A DNA stretch of 62,081 nt, the filler included, from Globobulimina sp. (taxonomy: Eukaryota): assembly GCA_003354225.1 (NCBI GenBank). It is 20 parts of 20 records of this genome, joined end to end, with 100 filler letters (N's around TTAATTAATTAA, not from the genome) between each part and the next. Parts side by side here need not be neighbours in the genome. Positions count along the whole stretch, not along the records: positions 21,773 to 24,782 come from PIVH01004036.1; positions 24,883 to 27,891 come from PIVH01004037.1; positions 27,992 to 31,000 come from PIVH01004038.1; positions 31,101 to 34,109 come from PIVH01004039.1; 16 more parts are not named here. One strand, 5' to 3'. Both the position numbers and the translations under genes were made by a program. Numbering within the stretch: position 1 is the stretch's first letter; every line of letters starts with the position of its first letter. Under the pieces are notes generated by a model. It saw only the letters and a list, made by a program, of their open reading frames with translations. It did no database searches and was not told the origin of the DNA. Positions 22,414 through 34,209 of this stretch are shown here, in pieces.

Positions 22414-24176
22414 ATGGCTTTACCTCTCTTACCTTATTTTATTGTGACATATGCATGTGTAATTTCTGTGCATTCAATTGCAAGCAGCTCAAATGATCAT
22501 GACAGCGAATTGGATTTCAATTTGGATGATGTTTGTTTGCCAGAGTTCCATATTGAAAAATATACCATGGCTTCCAGTGATAGCTATCGCGACAACGAAA
22601 TGGCATTATTGATATTCCCCGAAGCAGAGCCTGAATATGCACCGCATTTTCAACAAGATCTTTGTGCCAGACAATCCAAAGTAAATTTGCCATATTCTTG
22701 TTTCAAAATCCATGGTATATTCATGCATGTTTCTGCAAATTTATATAAACTCATATTTCTTAAACCTGTACAGCTCCGCAAACAACCCAACATTCTGAGG
22801 GATATTTATCTGTCCAGTCATTGGAAAACGAATTCAGCAAAAAATTTTACGCCGTAATTCATGGATATTCAAACACTGAAATTAAAAAACAATTTGATGC
22901 CTTTTTTGATTATAACCTCGGTTTATGGGTCAATTATTTACATAAATATTTGACACAAATCAATGAGAATTCCGACGTATTGACAGATTATGTTGGCTTG
23001 AAATGGTATTATCCCTCGCCAATCGACAAAATATTCTATTCCCTCATCATTCACTCGCCGGCTTCGCAAACTATATATGAGTTAATCTCATTTAATGAGC
23101 CGGACTTGTCTTTGTATCCAAATCTGCGGAAACACTTTGAATTTAAAGAAATCAATGAATTGCGAGCCTCCTTTTTGCCGTATATTAACAAAGGCAGATT
23201 GCCATGGATTAGAAAGGACGGCGGAGATATTGTACCCATCAAAATATCATTTGGCTGTTCCGATTTAGCTCAACAGATTGAATTCTATAGCAATGTGATG
23301 GAAGCTACGCTGTTGTATCAAGAAAATAATGTTATATCGACATTGGATGGGCATGGAGTGAGTTATGCATTCTTGCAGCCGCTGAATGATATGATTGAAA
23401 TTGAATATGTGCAGAGACCAATTGATTACACATACGGTGCCTTCACAACTGAGTTATATAAGAATCTGTTGCTTAATACGCATAATGATAGGGTGACATC
23501 GCCGACTTGCGGCTTAGATCGGTGGTTTGATAATCACTATGGATTCAATACCCTGAGATATGCGGACAATGCTTATACTTATAACTATATGGACCGAGTG
23601 TTGAGTCGTTTGATGGGCAGAAAGTTGGTATGGAGACTGTACCACACACCGTATGAAGATGAGTCGCCTGAAGGCAAATATTGGCTGAAACAGTACGGAT
23701 TGACGGATTTATATACGTTGTATGTGTTTGATATGAATGGGCAATCTATTCAAATGAAGGGCGTCTTTCGAGATATTCAGATTGCATTCAATGTCCCGGT
23801 GCCCATTTATAATAAGCAGTGGTGTTATGTTCCATGTCCAGGCGATCAGGAAATGGGCGGATTTGATGAGAGTGAGATGTATGTTGAAGATAAAAATGAT
23901 GTGGTTTATAAGATCATTGTCGAACAGAATAAGAAATATAATAGAAATGAGATTATTGATCAGGAGTTACTGGATGATGTCGATAAAGAAGATGGAGGAA
24001 AAGGCACTGTTTATTTTGCTTCAATTGTTTGCATTGCAATTGCGATAATCGCGTGTTTATTGGTGACATTATGCATTTATCGATGTGCTGTCAAACATGC
24101 AAAGAATGCCCACAATTTGTATAATGCATATGGAGAGATGCAATATCTCCTTCATAATAAACAATGTGACCGCTAG
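22414..24176 (+). CDS. Type I membrane protein with glyoxalase/VOC-like ectodomain; intron 22715-22773
   Basis: Signal peptide, IKISFGCSDLAQQIEFYSNVM, LYVFDMNGQSIQM, C-terminal TM. A 59-nt intron joins the two frames. Confidence 0.6.
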
Positions 24177-24882
24177 TGTTTCTATATATTTGTAATTATA
24201 AATCTTTGCCAAGAGCATGAGGACCTTTGTCCATATAAGTATTCTATTTTTTGTATCCTCGCACTCAGTGCACAAATTTCCCTTTATGTGCCAGGATAGA
24301 AAAAAATAGAGTAAAATAGAATACTTCAGTTATTTTTTTAACTAACAATTTTCTACTAAGTAGACTTCCAGATCAGATGTTTAACACTGAAGAGAGCAGA
24401 TTTGTTGATTTGAGCATATCCTCTCTTTCAGACTTCGAGCAAGTATCAGATGGATTTCTGTCCACCATTCACAACATTGTTAATGTCTCATATCAAAGCT
24501 GTTTACACCATTTCAAACGAACCCAATCTTATCCATCCATTGATATTCAGCTAACACCGCAAAACCATTTATCATCACAAGCAAAAGTAACCAAATTATA
24601 TCAAAATAACAGATATGTTCGTTTATTTCAACTCGCTGTCCGAATCAAAGGAATCCAGTTCGAAAATCATTCAATTTCTTGGAGTTTAGTTTCTTTTTAA
24701 AACTCAATTTATAGACATATTACATTTTCATTTTCATTTTGCAGAGGATATTAATAAAAATGTTCTCGGCTGGAGTGCAGCANNNNNNNNNNNNNNNNNN
24801 NNNNNNNNNNNNNNNNNNNNNNNNNNTTAATTAATTAANNNNNNNNNNNNNNNNNNNNNNNNNNNNNNNNNNNNNNNNNNNN

Positions 24883-25592
24883 ATCATATCAATTAAGTTG
24901 ATATTTTCAAATGTAACATGCCTGAATGATAACCTATAAATATTATTACTAAATCCATATCCTTCGAGACCACCAACAGATATTAAACCAAATTGATGTG
25001 AATACATTAAGAAATTACTTGTTATTTCTGTTGGCAATGAAGGTAATGTCCATAAATAAGCATTCATATTCGTTTTGTTTGTCTCACTTTTCTCTTTAAA
25101 TTGTGTTTCATTCATAAGTATTGCCCAACATTGAGATGATATATCTCCGCCACATTTAAATATAGAGTTGTATTGATGATAGATTTCATTTTCATTATTA
25201 TGCTGCCAGTATGTTGAGATAAAATGTTTTGGTAAAATTAAATTTTCAGTATATGTCATTCCGGCATTTGATATGTTCCACTTTGTAAAATCTTTTCTTT
25301 GTCCAAAATTAATTGCTTTACACATATCATTCTTTTTTGTTTGTTTGAGTTCATATAAATTACATGAGATTGTCCATTTGCTGTTATTTTCATCTTTCTC
25401 TTTGTTTGGTATCTGTGCAATATATAATCCGTTTGGTTCTTTATATCCTGTATTAAGATACAATAATTTAGATCGATCAACTGTGAAATAATATTGATAC
25501 ACAATATGATGTATTGTAGACGGGATAATTAAATTTGACGCTAATGTCTGTTCTATCTCTTGCAGATAACCCCAAACTAGCAATGTATGCAT
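24883..25592 (-). CDS. Hypothetical Kelch/propeller-like protein, 3' partial
   Basis: N-terminal LVWGYL..IPSTI..YY motif followed by Kelch-like IFKCGG and LISVGG. Confidence 0.5.
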
Positions 25593-25676
25593 TGCAAAAG
25601 ATAACCACCCGGCCTGGTCGAAAAGTTGTTTACATTTGGTTCAGTTATACTTTAATACAAAAATGATTGGCTATAA

Positions 25677-25776
25677 CTTTGTCTGGACACAGATTGTTTG
25701 GACATAAAGTATTCCAAATCTAACCAAGTTACGTCAGTTTATACTTTATGTCCAAACAATCTGTGTCCAGACAAAG
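25677..25776. repeat. Perfect 36-bp inverted repeat with 28-nt spacer (MITE-like or hairpin)
   Basis: CTTTGTCTGGACACAGATTGTTTGGACATAAAGTAT (25677-25712) is the reverse complement of 25741-25776. Confidence 0.9.
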
Positions 25777-25856
25777 ATATGTGATCGTTCCCATGATGTA
25801 AACAAGAAAAAAAATGTTAAGTGAAACCTTTTTTGTTAAATCCTAAGTTCACAACA

Positions 25857-27885
25857 ATGAACACAGCTGCTGGCAAATCTAATTCGACAGTTTTTCCACG
25901 TCCGACACGCGGAACACAACGACTGCTAAAATATCCAATTCTCAGTTCAGTTCAGGTTTAAATAAAGTATTGAATAATGTTACATTAATTATTAACAAAC
26001 AAAAAAAATACCAGTCATTGTAATATTGGTGGTTTTGATAGAGTTATTGGCCTATTTTATTTTGCGCGGTGGAGTGATTATTTATGAATATTTTATGTCT
26101 CTTTGTCAATGTCGCTCTTCAAAAGTATGCATATGGCATAACTTAAGAAATGCGACAGATTATCAGCAATATGTTGAATACGCAAAAGAACTCGACACTG
26201 ACAATAAAAGAAACGAATGGAAACATAAAAAAGATTCATATTGTTATGACGTACAACTTGTTCAACAAAATCTTGATCAATTAAAAAATTTTCAGAAGAA
26301 TAAAGATTACAATAAACTGAGTGAGCAAACAATTGAAATATTTAATCACATTTTAAAATGGTTCGAAGAGGAATCGCTTTATACGCAATGCAATTATGGC
26401 ACCAAATATATTGTTGAAGAATTTATTTGCGAGCTGGAAAAATCCATGAAATTAATAAAAAAGTGCAATACTTTTGGCTGCGAAGATAAGTTAAAAATAT
26501 TTGTTCGTTTGCAACAAGAATTTGGTAGGACTTGTTTGTGTTTATCTGGTGGAGCAACCATGACATTTTATCAATTTGGTGTCATCAAAACATTATTTCA
26601 CAATGGTTTATTACCAAATATTATCAGTGGGACATCTGGCGGCTCGCTTGTTGGCTGTGCCATTGCAGTTAATTAATTTGTAGAGTTTCTCATAAACAAA
26701 ATCAAAAAAAAAAGTGGCTAACAAAATTAATTTTGGTTTTTTAATTATCAACTTTTTAATCAAAAAGCAAAATAAATTTTGTCATCAACGTTTTTTTTGA
26801 TTTTGTTATCAATGACATTCAATTTACTTTCTGCTCCAAAGTGTCGTACAGATGATGAGTTAGAAACACTTTTATGTCCAAAAATGTATAAATATATGAA
26901 TGCTGCATCAGAACCGTTAATAATTCGTATCCAACGTTTATTGCGTACCGGTTTTATGTTTGATTGGGAGGATTGGCGAAGCAAACTACGCCAGTTAACC
27001 AAAGGAGATATGACATTTTACGAAGCATATAAACTAACCGGAAGGATATTTAATGTCACTGCAATATCCACAAACCATACCGCAGTCTTATTAAACTACC
27101 GTACCACACCAGATGTTACTATATGGAGTGCAGTGATAGCATCTTCCTCACTTCCTGGATGTATGAAGGCGTCACCATTAATGGCTAAGAAATATGATGC
27201 TGCAGACACCAATAAATATAAATTAGTTACATTCACATCGTATGGTAAATTATGGTGTGATGGATCAATAAAATATGATGTACCGAAGCAGAGATTACTG
27301 GAAGACTTTAATGTAAAATATACAATATGTGTTCAATGCAATTTGCATGTTTTTATATTTTATTACAACGGACGTGGAACAGCGAATAATCCGATATCCC
27401 ATTGGGGCCGTTCAGGAATGCGTGGTGGGTTTTTGTCCTCTTTTTTGGAGAAAATACTAAAATTAGAATTGCGGAAATGGATGACTGTGTTGAGTGATTT
27501 CGATTTAATTCCGCAAATCTGGAGCATTGACCTGCGTTTTACTGCGATTCAAGAGAGCAGAGGAACGATAACAATCAGTCCCACGCCATCCATGGTTGAT
27601 GTGCTAAAAATAATAAGTGATCCCGATTTGCATCGATTTAAAAAATATTTAGAGGTTGGCAGCAAAATTACCTATCCGTATATTTATATGATTGAAAAGA
27701 GAATAAAATTGCAAAATTTGATAAGGGATTCAATTAAAGAGTTGAATATCTGTTTTAATAATAGCAATGGGAATATTAATACACTCAATAAGTTGTTAAC
27801 AATGGGCTATGATACATTGCCAGATACGCTTAGGAGTAAAAGTTTTACTGCGCGGGCTAATATGTTAAGGAGAGGCAGTATTTAA
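25857..27885 (+). CDS. Patatin-domain triacylglycerol lipase (TGL3/4, SDP1-like); introns at about 25950-26014 and 26668-26841
   Basis: FGRTCLCLSGG, GTSGG nucleophile motif, TFYEAYKLTGRIFNVT, LLNYRTTPDVTIWSAVIASS, WCDGS. Confidence 0.9.
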
Positions 27886-28229
27886 ATAATTNNNNNNNNN
27901 NNNNNNNNNNNNNNNNNNNNNNNNNNNNNNNNNNNTTAATTAATTAANNNNNNNNNNNNNNNNNNNNNNNNNNNNNNNNNNNNNNNNNNNNGATTGAACA
28001 ATCGGCCGAGAAAGACTCGGGACTGTCAGTCGCCAAATGAATTATTTAACGGGCTGCAAGTGGACTTACTTGCAGCGTAATCGAATTGCACTTATTACTT
28101 GAAAGCGCGGTTGATATAGATGACTAGACTCTACTAAATGAGGGCGAGCAGGTCTTGCGTTGTGCGCTAAGGCAAAATACAAGAGCTTCCCCGTAACTTT
28201 TTTTCTCATATAATCTATTGCGTTATCTG

Positions 28230-28586
28230 TTAGTAATAGAATAAGCGTTTAAAAGGTTTTTGTAGTATTTTAAAGAAGTATTCGCCCAAGGATACTTTAG
28301 GTTTTTTCCCAAAAATGGAGAGCATGTTATCGCGTTGGTAAAATTTAGCGGTTTGCCAGGCATCCATATCTTTAAAATCAACCTTGATACACGGATCAGC
28401 TCCTCGCTCTATCAGTAGAGAAACCACATCCGTATGCCCATTTCGAATGCTAGAGAACAAGGCAGTAAACATGATTTCGGGATGTTGATAGTTGGGGTCA
28501 ACACCTTCTGTGAGGTGATAACGTACGAGTTCTAAATCGCCAGCCTCCGCCGCTTGATACATATCTTTCCAGTTACCACCTGACAT
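28230..28586 (-). CDS. Bacterial-type small ankyrin-repeat protein
   Basis: MSGGNWKDMYQAAEAGDLELVRYHL..GVDPNYQHPE..NGHTDVVSLLIERGADP. Shine-Dalgarno-like AAAAGGA lies 7 nt upstream of the ATG; no introns. Confidence 0.8.
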   Translation of the reverse strand: MSGGNWKDMYQAAEAGDLELVRYHLTEGVDPNYQHPEIMFTALFSSIRNGHTDVVSLLIERGADPCIKVDFKDMDAWQTAKFYQRDNMLSIFGKKPKVSLGEYFFKILQKPFKRLFYY

Positions 28587-28609
28587 ATTTATATCCTTTT
28601 AATGACTCA

Positions 28610-31000
28610 CTGCATTTCTGTTCATTATCAATGGCATAAACAACTGTTATATTATCATTGCGCAGAACCGGCGCTAACTTCATACCAAACGGCTTGCTAT
28701 CAAATGATATCTCAAATAAGTCGTCTTTTGATTTTGGTACGCAACAAACCACCAACTCCTCCTGGTCAATGTCAGTGGCTCTGTACGCAATGGCTGCCAC
28801 TTCACGTGATAACAATGGATGTTTTAACAACACATTTTCCAATGCCACCGATGATACTTTTATTCCACTTAAATAGCACAGTAATTATCAAAAGAAGCAG
28901 TATTTAATTTGACAACGTTCCAACAGTCAACATTTGAAATATATTACTCGCAGTACATTACATTTCGAATTGCATCAAATACTGTTTCTAAATTGCATAT
29001 ATTTACTTGCTACAATACCTGATATTCATTGTATCATCGACACGGCCTAAATGTTGATAATACGCACCATATTTATCTGAATATGCAATAATTCGTAATT
29101 GGTCGCCATGTCTACGTAATACTGATCGCAAAATCCCACTCTCGTCACGTAAATCATTGGGCATTCCGCCATAATACACATTAAAATGATCTTTATTCAA
29201 TAAAGTCACACTTAACCCACACGATGGCGGCGATATTGCTAACTCACCTTCGCCATTCACACCACGACAACTTATTATCTTGCCACAATCGTCAATGATA
29301 TGAATATTCAGTCCAAAGCATGGCATACTAAATAAAAATATGCGACACTGTGCAGTTTTAGACTTATGCTGTAAGCAGACATGAGAGACTTAAGTAAAAA
29401 AAAAACTGTCTACTTCACTGAAAATGCATGCGCTCAGTACCTGAATGACGATAATATTTGTGGTTGGACCATAGTTCCGCCTAAGTATCCACCCGCAATC
29501 TCCGTGCCGCCCACATATTCCATCACCGGCGTGTAATATGAGCGTGATACCAACCAATGGTACAGCGTAGGATTGGACGCCTCGCCAGTCGACGAATACC
29601 GCCGTACGCACTTCCAATTGCAACCCTTCGTTGCATTGCTTCGCATCCATGCTTTGACAATGGATGGAATCACACCTAAATGTGCAATCTGCGCACATTC
29701 CACAAACTTACAGAATGATTTGGTGGAGGGAGAGCCTACAAACAATGCTATACTTGAACCTAAGCCAATTTGTGCAATTAGCCATGGACCCATCATCCAG
29801 CCCACATTGGTCGGCCACGCCACCACTTCGCCGGCACGCACATCATTATGCAAATAACCGTCAGTCAATGGCTTGATGAATGTGCTGTGATGCCATGGAA
29901 TGGCTTTTGGTTCACCAGTGGTGCCGGACGAAAATAATATATTTGCAATGTCCATTGAGTCGCATGACACGGAGTCAAACTGAGTGGAATTACTGGTTCC
30001 AGCCAGAAACTCTGTCCATGATATATCGCAATCCCTTTTTTGTTTGGAAAATATTCGAGTCAGTGAAGTCAAAGCATTAAATGATGTAAGTCACTCAAAA
30101 AAACTTCACTGGCAATTAACATCTTAACATGGCACCTTGTGTCCATGTCGCAAAATGAATACTATAACGTACCTTAATTCGCATTGTAATTTATTATCGT
30201 CAGTTTCCGCGAGCACAATGCATTGCAATGCCTTTGCTCGTACCACCCGTTCATACAACGGTATGGTTTTAACGCCCCTCGCAATCACATCTTGCGTAAA
30301 TACAGCTTTTGCGTTGGCTATCTTCAATCGAATCTGAATGGCATTCGGTGCAAAACTATCTGCGATTGATACCACAGTCATACCCGCCTTTAATTTTATA
30401 TTTTTACGTATTGCCAATGGAGTGCAAGGATATATATATTAACTTTAATAATCCCCAAATAGATAGCAACGCACTGCCAGTTCATAGGCATATCAATCCC
30501 GATACAATCGCCTGGTGATAATGACAAGTTATTCGTCAATGAATACGCAATATTTGTTACAGACTGCTTTAATTCGCCCAATGAGATTTTATTTAAAATA
30601 GGCTTTCCCTCTGAATCTATTACGCCTTCTTTGCTCCATACGATTGCCTCTCGGCTGTCACTCCCAATTAATATCAAATCGCTTGCATTCATCTGAATAT
30701 TTGGAAAATATATCGGTGCTTCCACACCTTTGGCGATATCAAATATGTCAATATCGGTTAATTCGGTTTGTTTGCATTCTGCAAAAGAAATATTTAATGT
30801 TTGCACCATTGATCGCCAGAAAGCTTCTCGATTTGCATCAGCCCAAACAAATAATTCGTTGATGTCCTTTTTATTTTGGGATTGCATGTATTTATAAAGG
30901 TTGGTGGCTTGTATTTCGTCGTTGGATGGTATCCAGATATAGTTTGGTTCAGTGCTGTTTTCATAGGTTTTTGTAAATAAATATTGGTGGACACTGAATG
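28610..31000 (-). CDS. Acyl-activating enzyme (AAE17/18, acetyl-CoA synthetase-like); multi-exon, 5' partial, 3' end cut by fusion to bacterial DNA
   Basis: ILFSSGTTGEPKAIPW, WPTNVGWMMGPW, YSSTGE, GGTEIAGG, LRRHGD and GRVDDTMN spread over ORFs separated by short AT-rich introns. Confidence 0.88.
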
Positions 31001-31154
31001 NNNNNNNNNNNNNNNNNNNNNNNNNNNNNNNNNNNNNNNNNNNNTTAATTAATTAANNNNNNNNNNNNNNNNNNNNNNNNNNNNNNNNNNNNNNNNNNNN
31101 GTTCTATGCCTACACATTGTTATAGAGTGATTGAGCAAATTGGCTCTGTGTGAC

Positions 31155-34109
31155 ATGCTGTAGCTACTTGATTTGAGGTTAATTGAGTTTTTAGAGTTCA
31201 AAAACAAGAAACATCAACGAGCTTAAACATGATCATTTAATGTGATCAAGCAATTTATATTGTTTATTGTTATCAACATTATAATTGACATTGGTTTTAC
31301 GTCTTTTTGATCTCCTTTGATTGGTAGATTCATTATTAATATCCAAATAAGAACATTCAAATGAACTTGTTTCTATATTATCAAATTCCATAATATCCAC
31401 ATCAGTTTCTTGTGCTATTCTTGTTCTTGCTCTTCTTGGTCTTTTTCTTTTGTTTTTTTTTCTTGTTGGTTTCACATTTTCTTTATTTGGTTCATTTTTA
31501 TTAGTTATAATATTTCCATTTTTTTTGCTTTTTTTTGCTTTTTTTTTTCTCCTTTTTATCTTTTTCATATGCTCGTTTTGATACAATTCCAATAATTTCT
31601 TTTGAGTTTCTTGTTCTTCATTTATATTTCTTTCAAATTGAGCCATATTAATTCCTGCTGCATCCTCCAAAATATCCTGTAATAATTGTTTTTGATTATC
31701 ATTTCCTTGAAATAATTTCAACAAAAAATGAACAATTCGATTATCTTTTGCGAGCACTTTAACTTTCAATAAATGTGTTGATATTTTCACACCGCAACGT
31801 TTCAAAATATGAGATGAAACAGAATGTGTTTTTTCAACGCGATCATTATTATTTCTGATATGCTGCGTTCCATTATGAGCTTGCAAAACTTTTACTTTCC
31901 AGCCACAATCATTTAGTAAATATTTATAAACAATATCCAATATAATTTTAATCGCTATTATTATTTGTAATATTTTCTCAAACTCCAACGAAAATAAAAA
32001 ATAAAGAAACCACGGTTGTAATGATAGTAAACCACTACATTCCACTTTTAATTGGTCCCAAATATGCTCACCAGTCTCCAAAACAATATCATATGATAAT
32101 GCTTCTTTATTTATATTTGAAATATCTGAAGCCATAAATAATGCTAACAAACTCATCAATGAATTAAAAAATAGAGTTTTTTCATATTGTTTTTTCAAAC
32201 CATTGGGAATTACCAATCTATTATTCGTTCTGCCATTAATTTCAACCATTGATTCCATACAAAATAATATTTTAACAATATGAAATTCAGATTTTGAACA
32301 CAATGAAATATTTTGTAAGCAATTTGTATAGAAATTACGTACAGTTTTTAAAGAATATTGTTTTGTGCAAATACTAACAGGCAGATACAAATTATAATAA
32401 AGAAATGCGCCTTGTATACATTCCAATTCTATAATTTTATTATTTAAAGCTTCCATTTGTGATTTTGAAGTGTGAGTGCAAATTGGCGTATTTCTCCATT
32501 TATATGATGTCAATTCAATAAAATATTCTCTTAATAACTGTACAAATATCATATTTTGTAATAAATTAATTTGACGCATTCCCTTAGTGAACAATAACTT
32601 TCTTAACCAAAAATTAATTAAAAATCTATTTTTGGATTGATTTTGTTTCAAATAATGTTGAAAATATTTTGCTTTGGCATGGCACCAAACACTATCCTCT
32701 TTCCACAATCTCGCCATATAAGTTGTTATTGACAAAGCGTGAGGAATGCCATGCAATCCATTCTCTTCTGTATGATATAAATCACAATGATATAATTGAA
32801 TTTGTACCCAACTGTTATTTAAATCATGCCTGCAACACGAAAATAATGGTTGCTCTTCATCTAATTTGCAACATTTTTCCTTCAATTCATTATTAATATT
32901 TCTATTTGCTGCAAATCTATCTGACTGAGTAATAACTATACGCTCATGGATTGGCGTAAAAATTAATTTTCGATCTGGAAAACATTGAGTGAGTTTTTCA
33001 ACATTTTCTTTGGTATTCCAATCTAAAATATATTCATTTAAAACGTTTATATTATTCCATATACTGCGAAAACCACCATCTGCTGCGCCATTGTGAGCTT
33101 CCTCATAACCAATACAAACAGACCCTACATCTGAGTTCTTTTTACAATCAAAAAAATTGGAGGCTAAACCTGGTTTATCTGCAAGCCACTCACTTTGTAA
33201 ATGACTCGCCATAAATTTTCTTTGTTCCCTTGTTGTATCATCCCAAACCAGGCCACTTTCCTCACCAATAAATAAAATGACATATAATGACAGTACTAAA
33301 TAAATTATGTGCATTAATTTGTAAAATAAATATCTCCGTATTGTGCTGCTCGACCATATATATTCATCCTCAAAATTATTTAATATACTTTGCAATTTTA
33401 AATGTTTATAAATTTTACAATCTGCAATGTCAGTAATAATGGAACTTTCCAACACCTTCATAGCCATCACAGAAGAGTCACTCATAATATTTAAACTCTC
33501 CTCTTCTGCTTCAATGGCATCCCAATCAATATCAATTTGGGAATAAGTTTTATTTAAATCATAAAATTCATAATCATCATCAAATAATAGCATATGTTCC
33601 ATATCATTTTGTATACTTTGCTTCGATTTTTTTTCACATTTTAATTTTTCAGTCAATGATAATATCTTAGCTTCACAGTCTAACTTTGCTTTTTTCTCTC
33701 TCTTTAAATCTCTCCGTGTTTTCTTAAGTGCTTTTAACTGTGTACTACAATATTTCTTTGTATGTTTCCCTTTGGTTTTCGTTGAATATTTCTTCCTCCA
33801 ATATCTATATTTTTCAGATCCTCGCTCAGAATTTTTCTTTCTGCCACGTTTGAAATTTGTTGGTGTTGCAAATTGTACGTCCAATGAAGGCAATGAAATT
33901 CCCGTATTTTCAGATGAATCGCATATGTTATTTTTCAAATCCTTGCTAATTATAACAGTTGGAATATGTTTAATATCTGGCGCTTGTTTGGCTGATTTTG
34001 TTGCTGCAAAATGGTTCAAATCTAATTCTGACATTTAAGCAATGCGTTGATGTTTCTTGTTTTTGAACTCTAAAAACTCAATTAACCTCAAATCAAGTAG
34101 CTACAGCAT
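31155..34109. mobile_element. DNA transposon with inverted repeats of at least 65 bp flanking one transposase ORF
   Basis: 31155-31219 is the exact reverse complement of 34045-34109. The contig ends inside the right repeat. Confidence 0.85.
31233..34034 (-). CDS. Putative DDE transposase, CxxH class (hAT/hATm-like motif pattern), 933 aa
   Basis: LVWDDTT (D1), TQSDRFAAN (D2), SCCRHDL (CxxH), a long helical insertion, NNNDRVEK (E), basic NLS-like tail; intronless and bounded by inverted repeats. Confidence 0.7.
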   Translation of the reverse strand: MSELDLNHFAATKSAKQAPDIKHIPTVIISKDLKNNICDSSENTGISLPSLDVQFATPTNFKRGRKKNSERGSEKYRYWRKKYSTKTKGKHTKKYCSTQLKALKKTRRDLKREKKAKLDCEAKILSLTEKLKCEKKSKQSIQNDMEHMLLFDDDYEFYDLNKTYSQIDIDWDAIEAEEESLNIMSDSSVMAMKVLESSIITDIADCKIYKHLKLQSILNNFEDEYIWSSSTIRRYLFYKLMHIIYLVLSLYVILFIGEESGLVWDDTTREQRKFMASHLQSEWLADKPGLASNFFDCKKNSDVGSVCIGYEEAHNGAADGGFRSIWNNINVLNEYILDWNTKENVEKLTQCFPDRKLIFTPIHERIVITQSDRFAANRNINNELKEKCCKLDEEQPLFSCCRHDLNNSWVQIQLYHCDLYHTEENGLHGIPHALSITTYMARLWKEDSVWCHAKAKYFQHYLKQNQSKNRFLINFWLRKLLFTKGMRQINLLQNMIFVQLLREYFIELTSYKWRNTPICTHTSKSQMEALNNKIIELECIQGAFLYYNLYLPVSICTKQYSLKTVRNFYTNCLQNISLCSKSEFHIVKILFCMESMVEINGRTNNRLVIPNGLKKQYEKTLFFNSLMSLLALFMASDISNINKEALSYDIVLETGEHIWDQLKVECSGLLSLQPWFLYFLFSLEFEKILQIIIAIKIILDIVYKYLLNDCGWKVKVLQAHNGTQHIRNNNDRVEKTHSVSSHILKRCGVKISTHLLKVKVLAKDNRIVHFLLKLFQGNDNQKQLLQDILEDAAGINMAQFERNINEEQETQKKLLELYQNEHMKKIKRRKKKAKKSKKNGNIITNKNEPNKENVKPTRKKNKRKRPRRARTRIAQETDVDIMEFDNIETSSFECSYLDINNESTNQRRSKRRKTNVNYNVDNNKQYKLLDHIK

Positions 34110-34209
34110 NNNNNNNNNNNNNNNNNNNNNNNNNNNNNNNNNNNNNNNNNNNNTTAATTAATTAANNNNNNNNNNNNNNNNNNNNNNNNNNNNNNNNNNN
34201 NNNNNNNNN

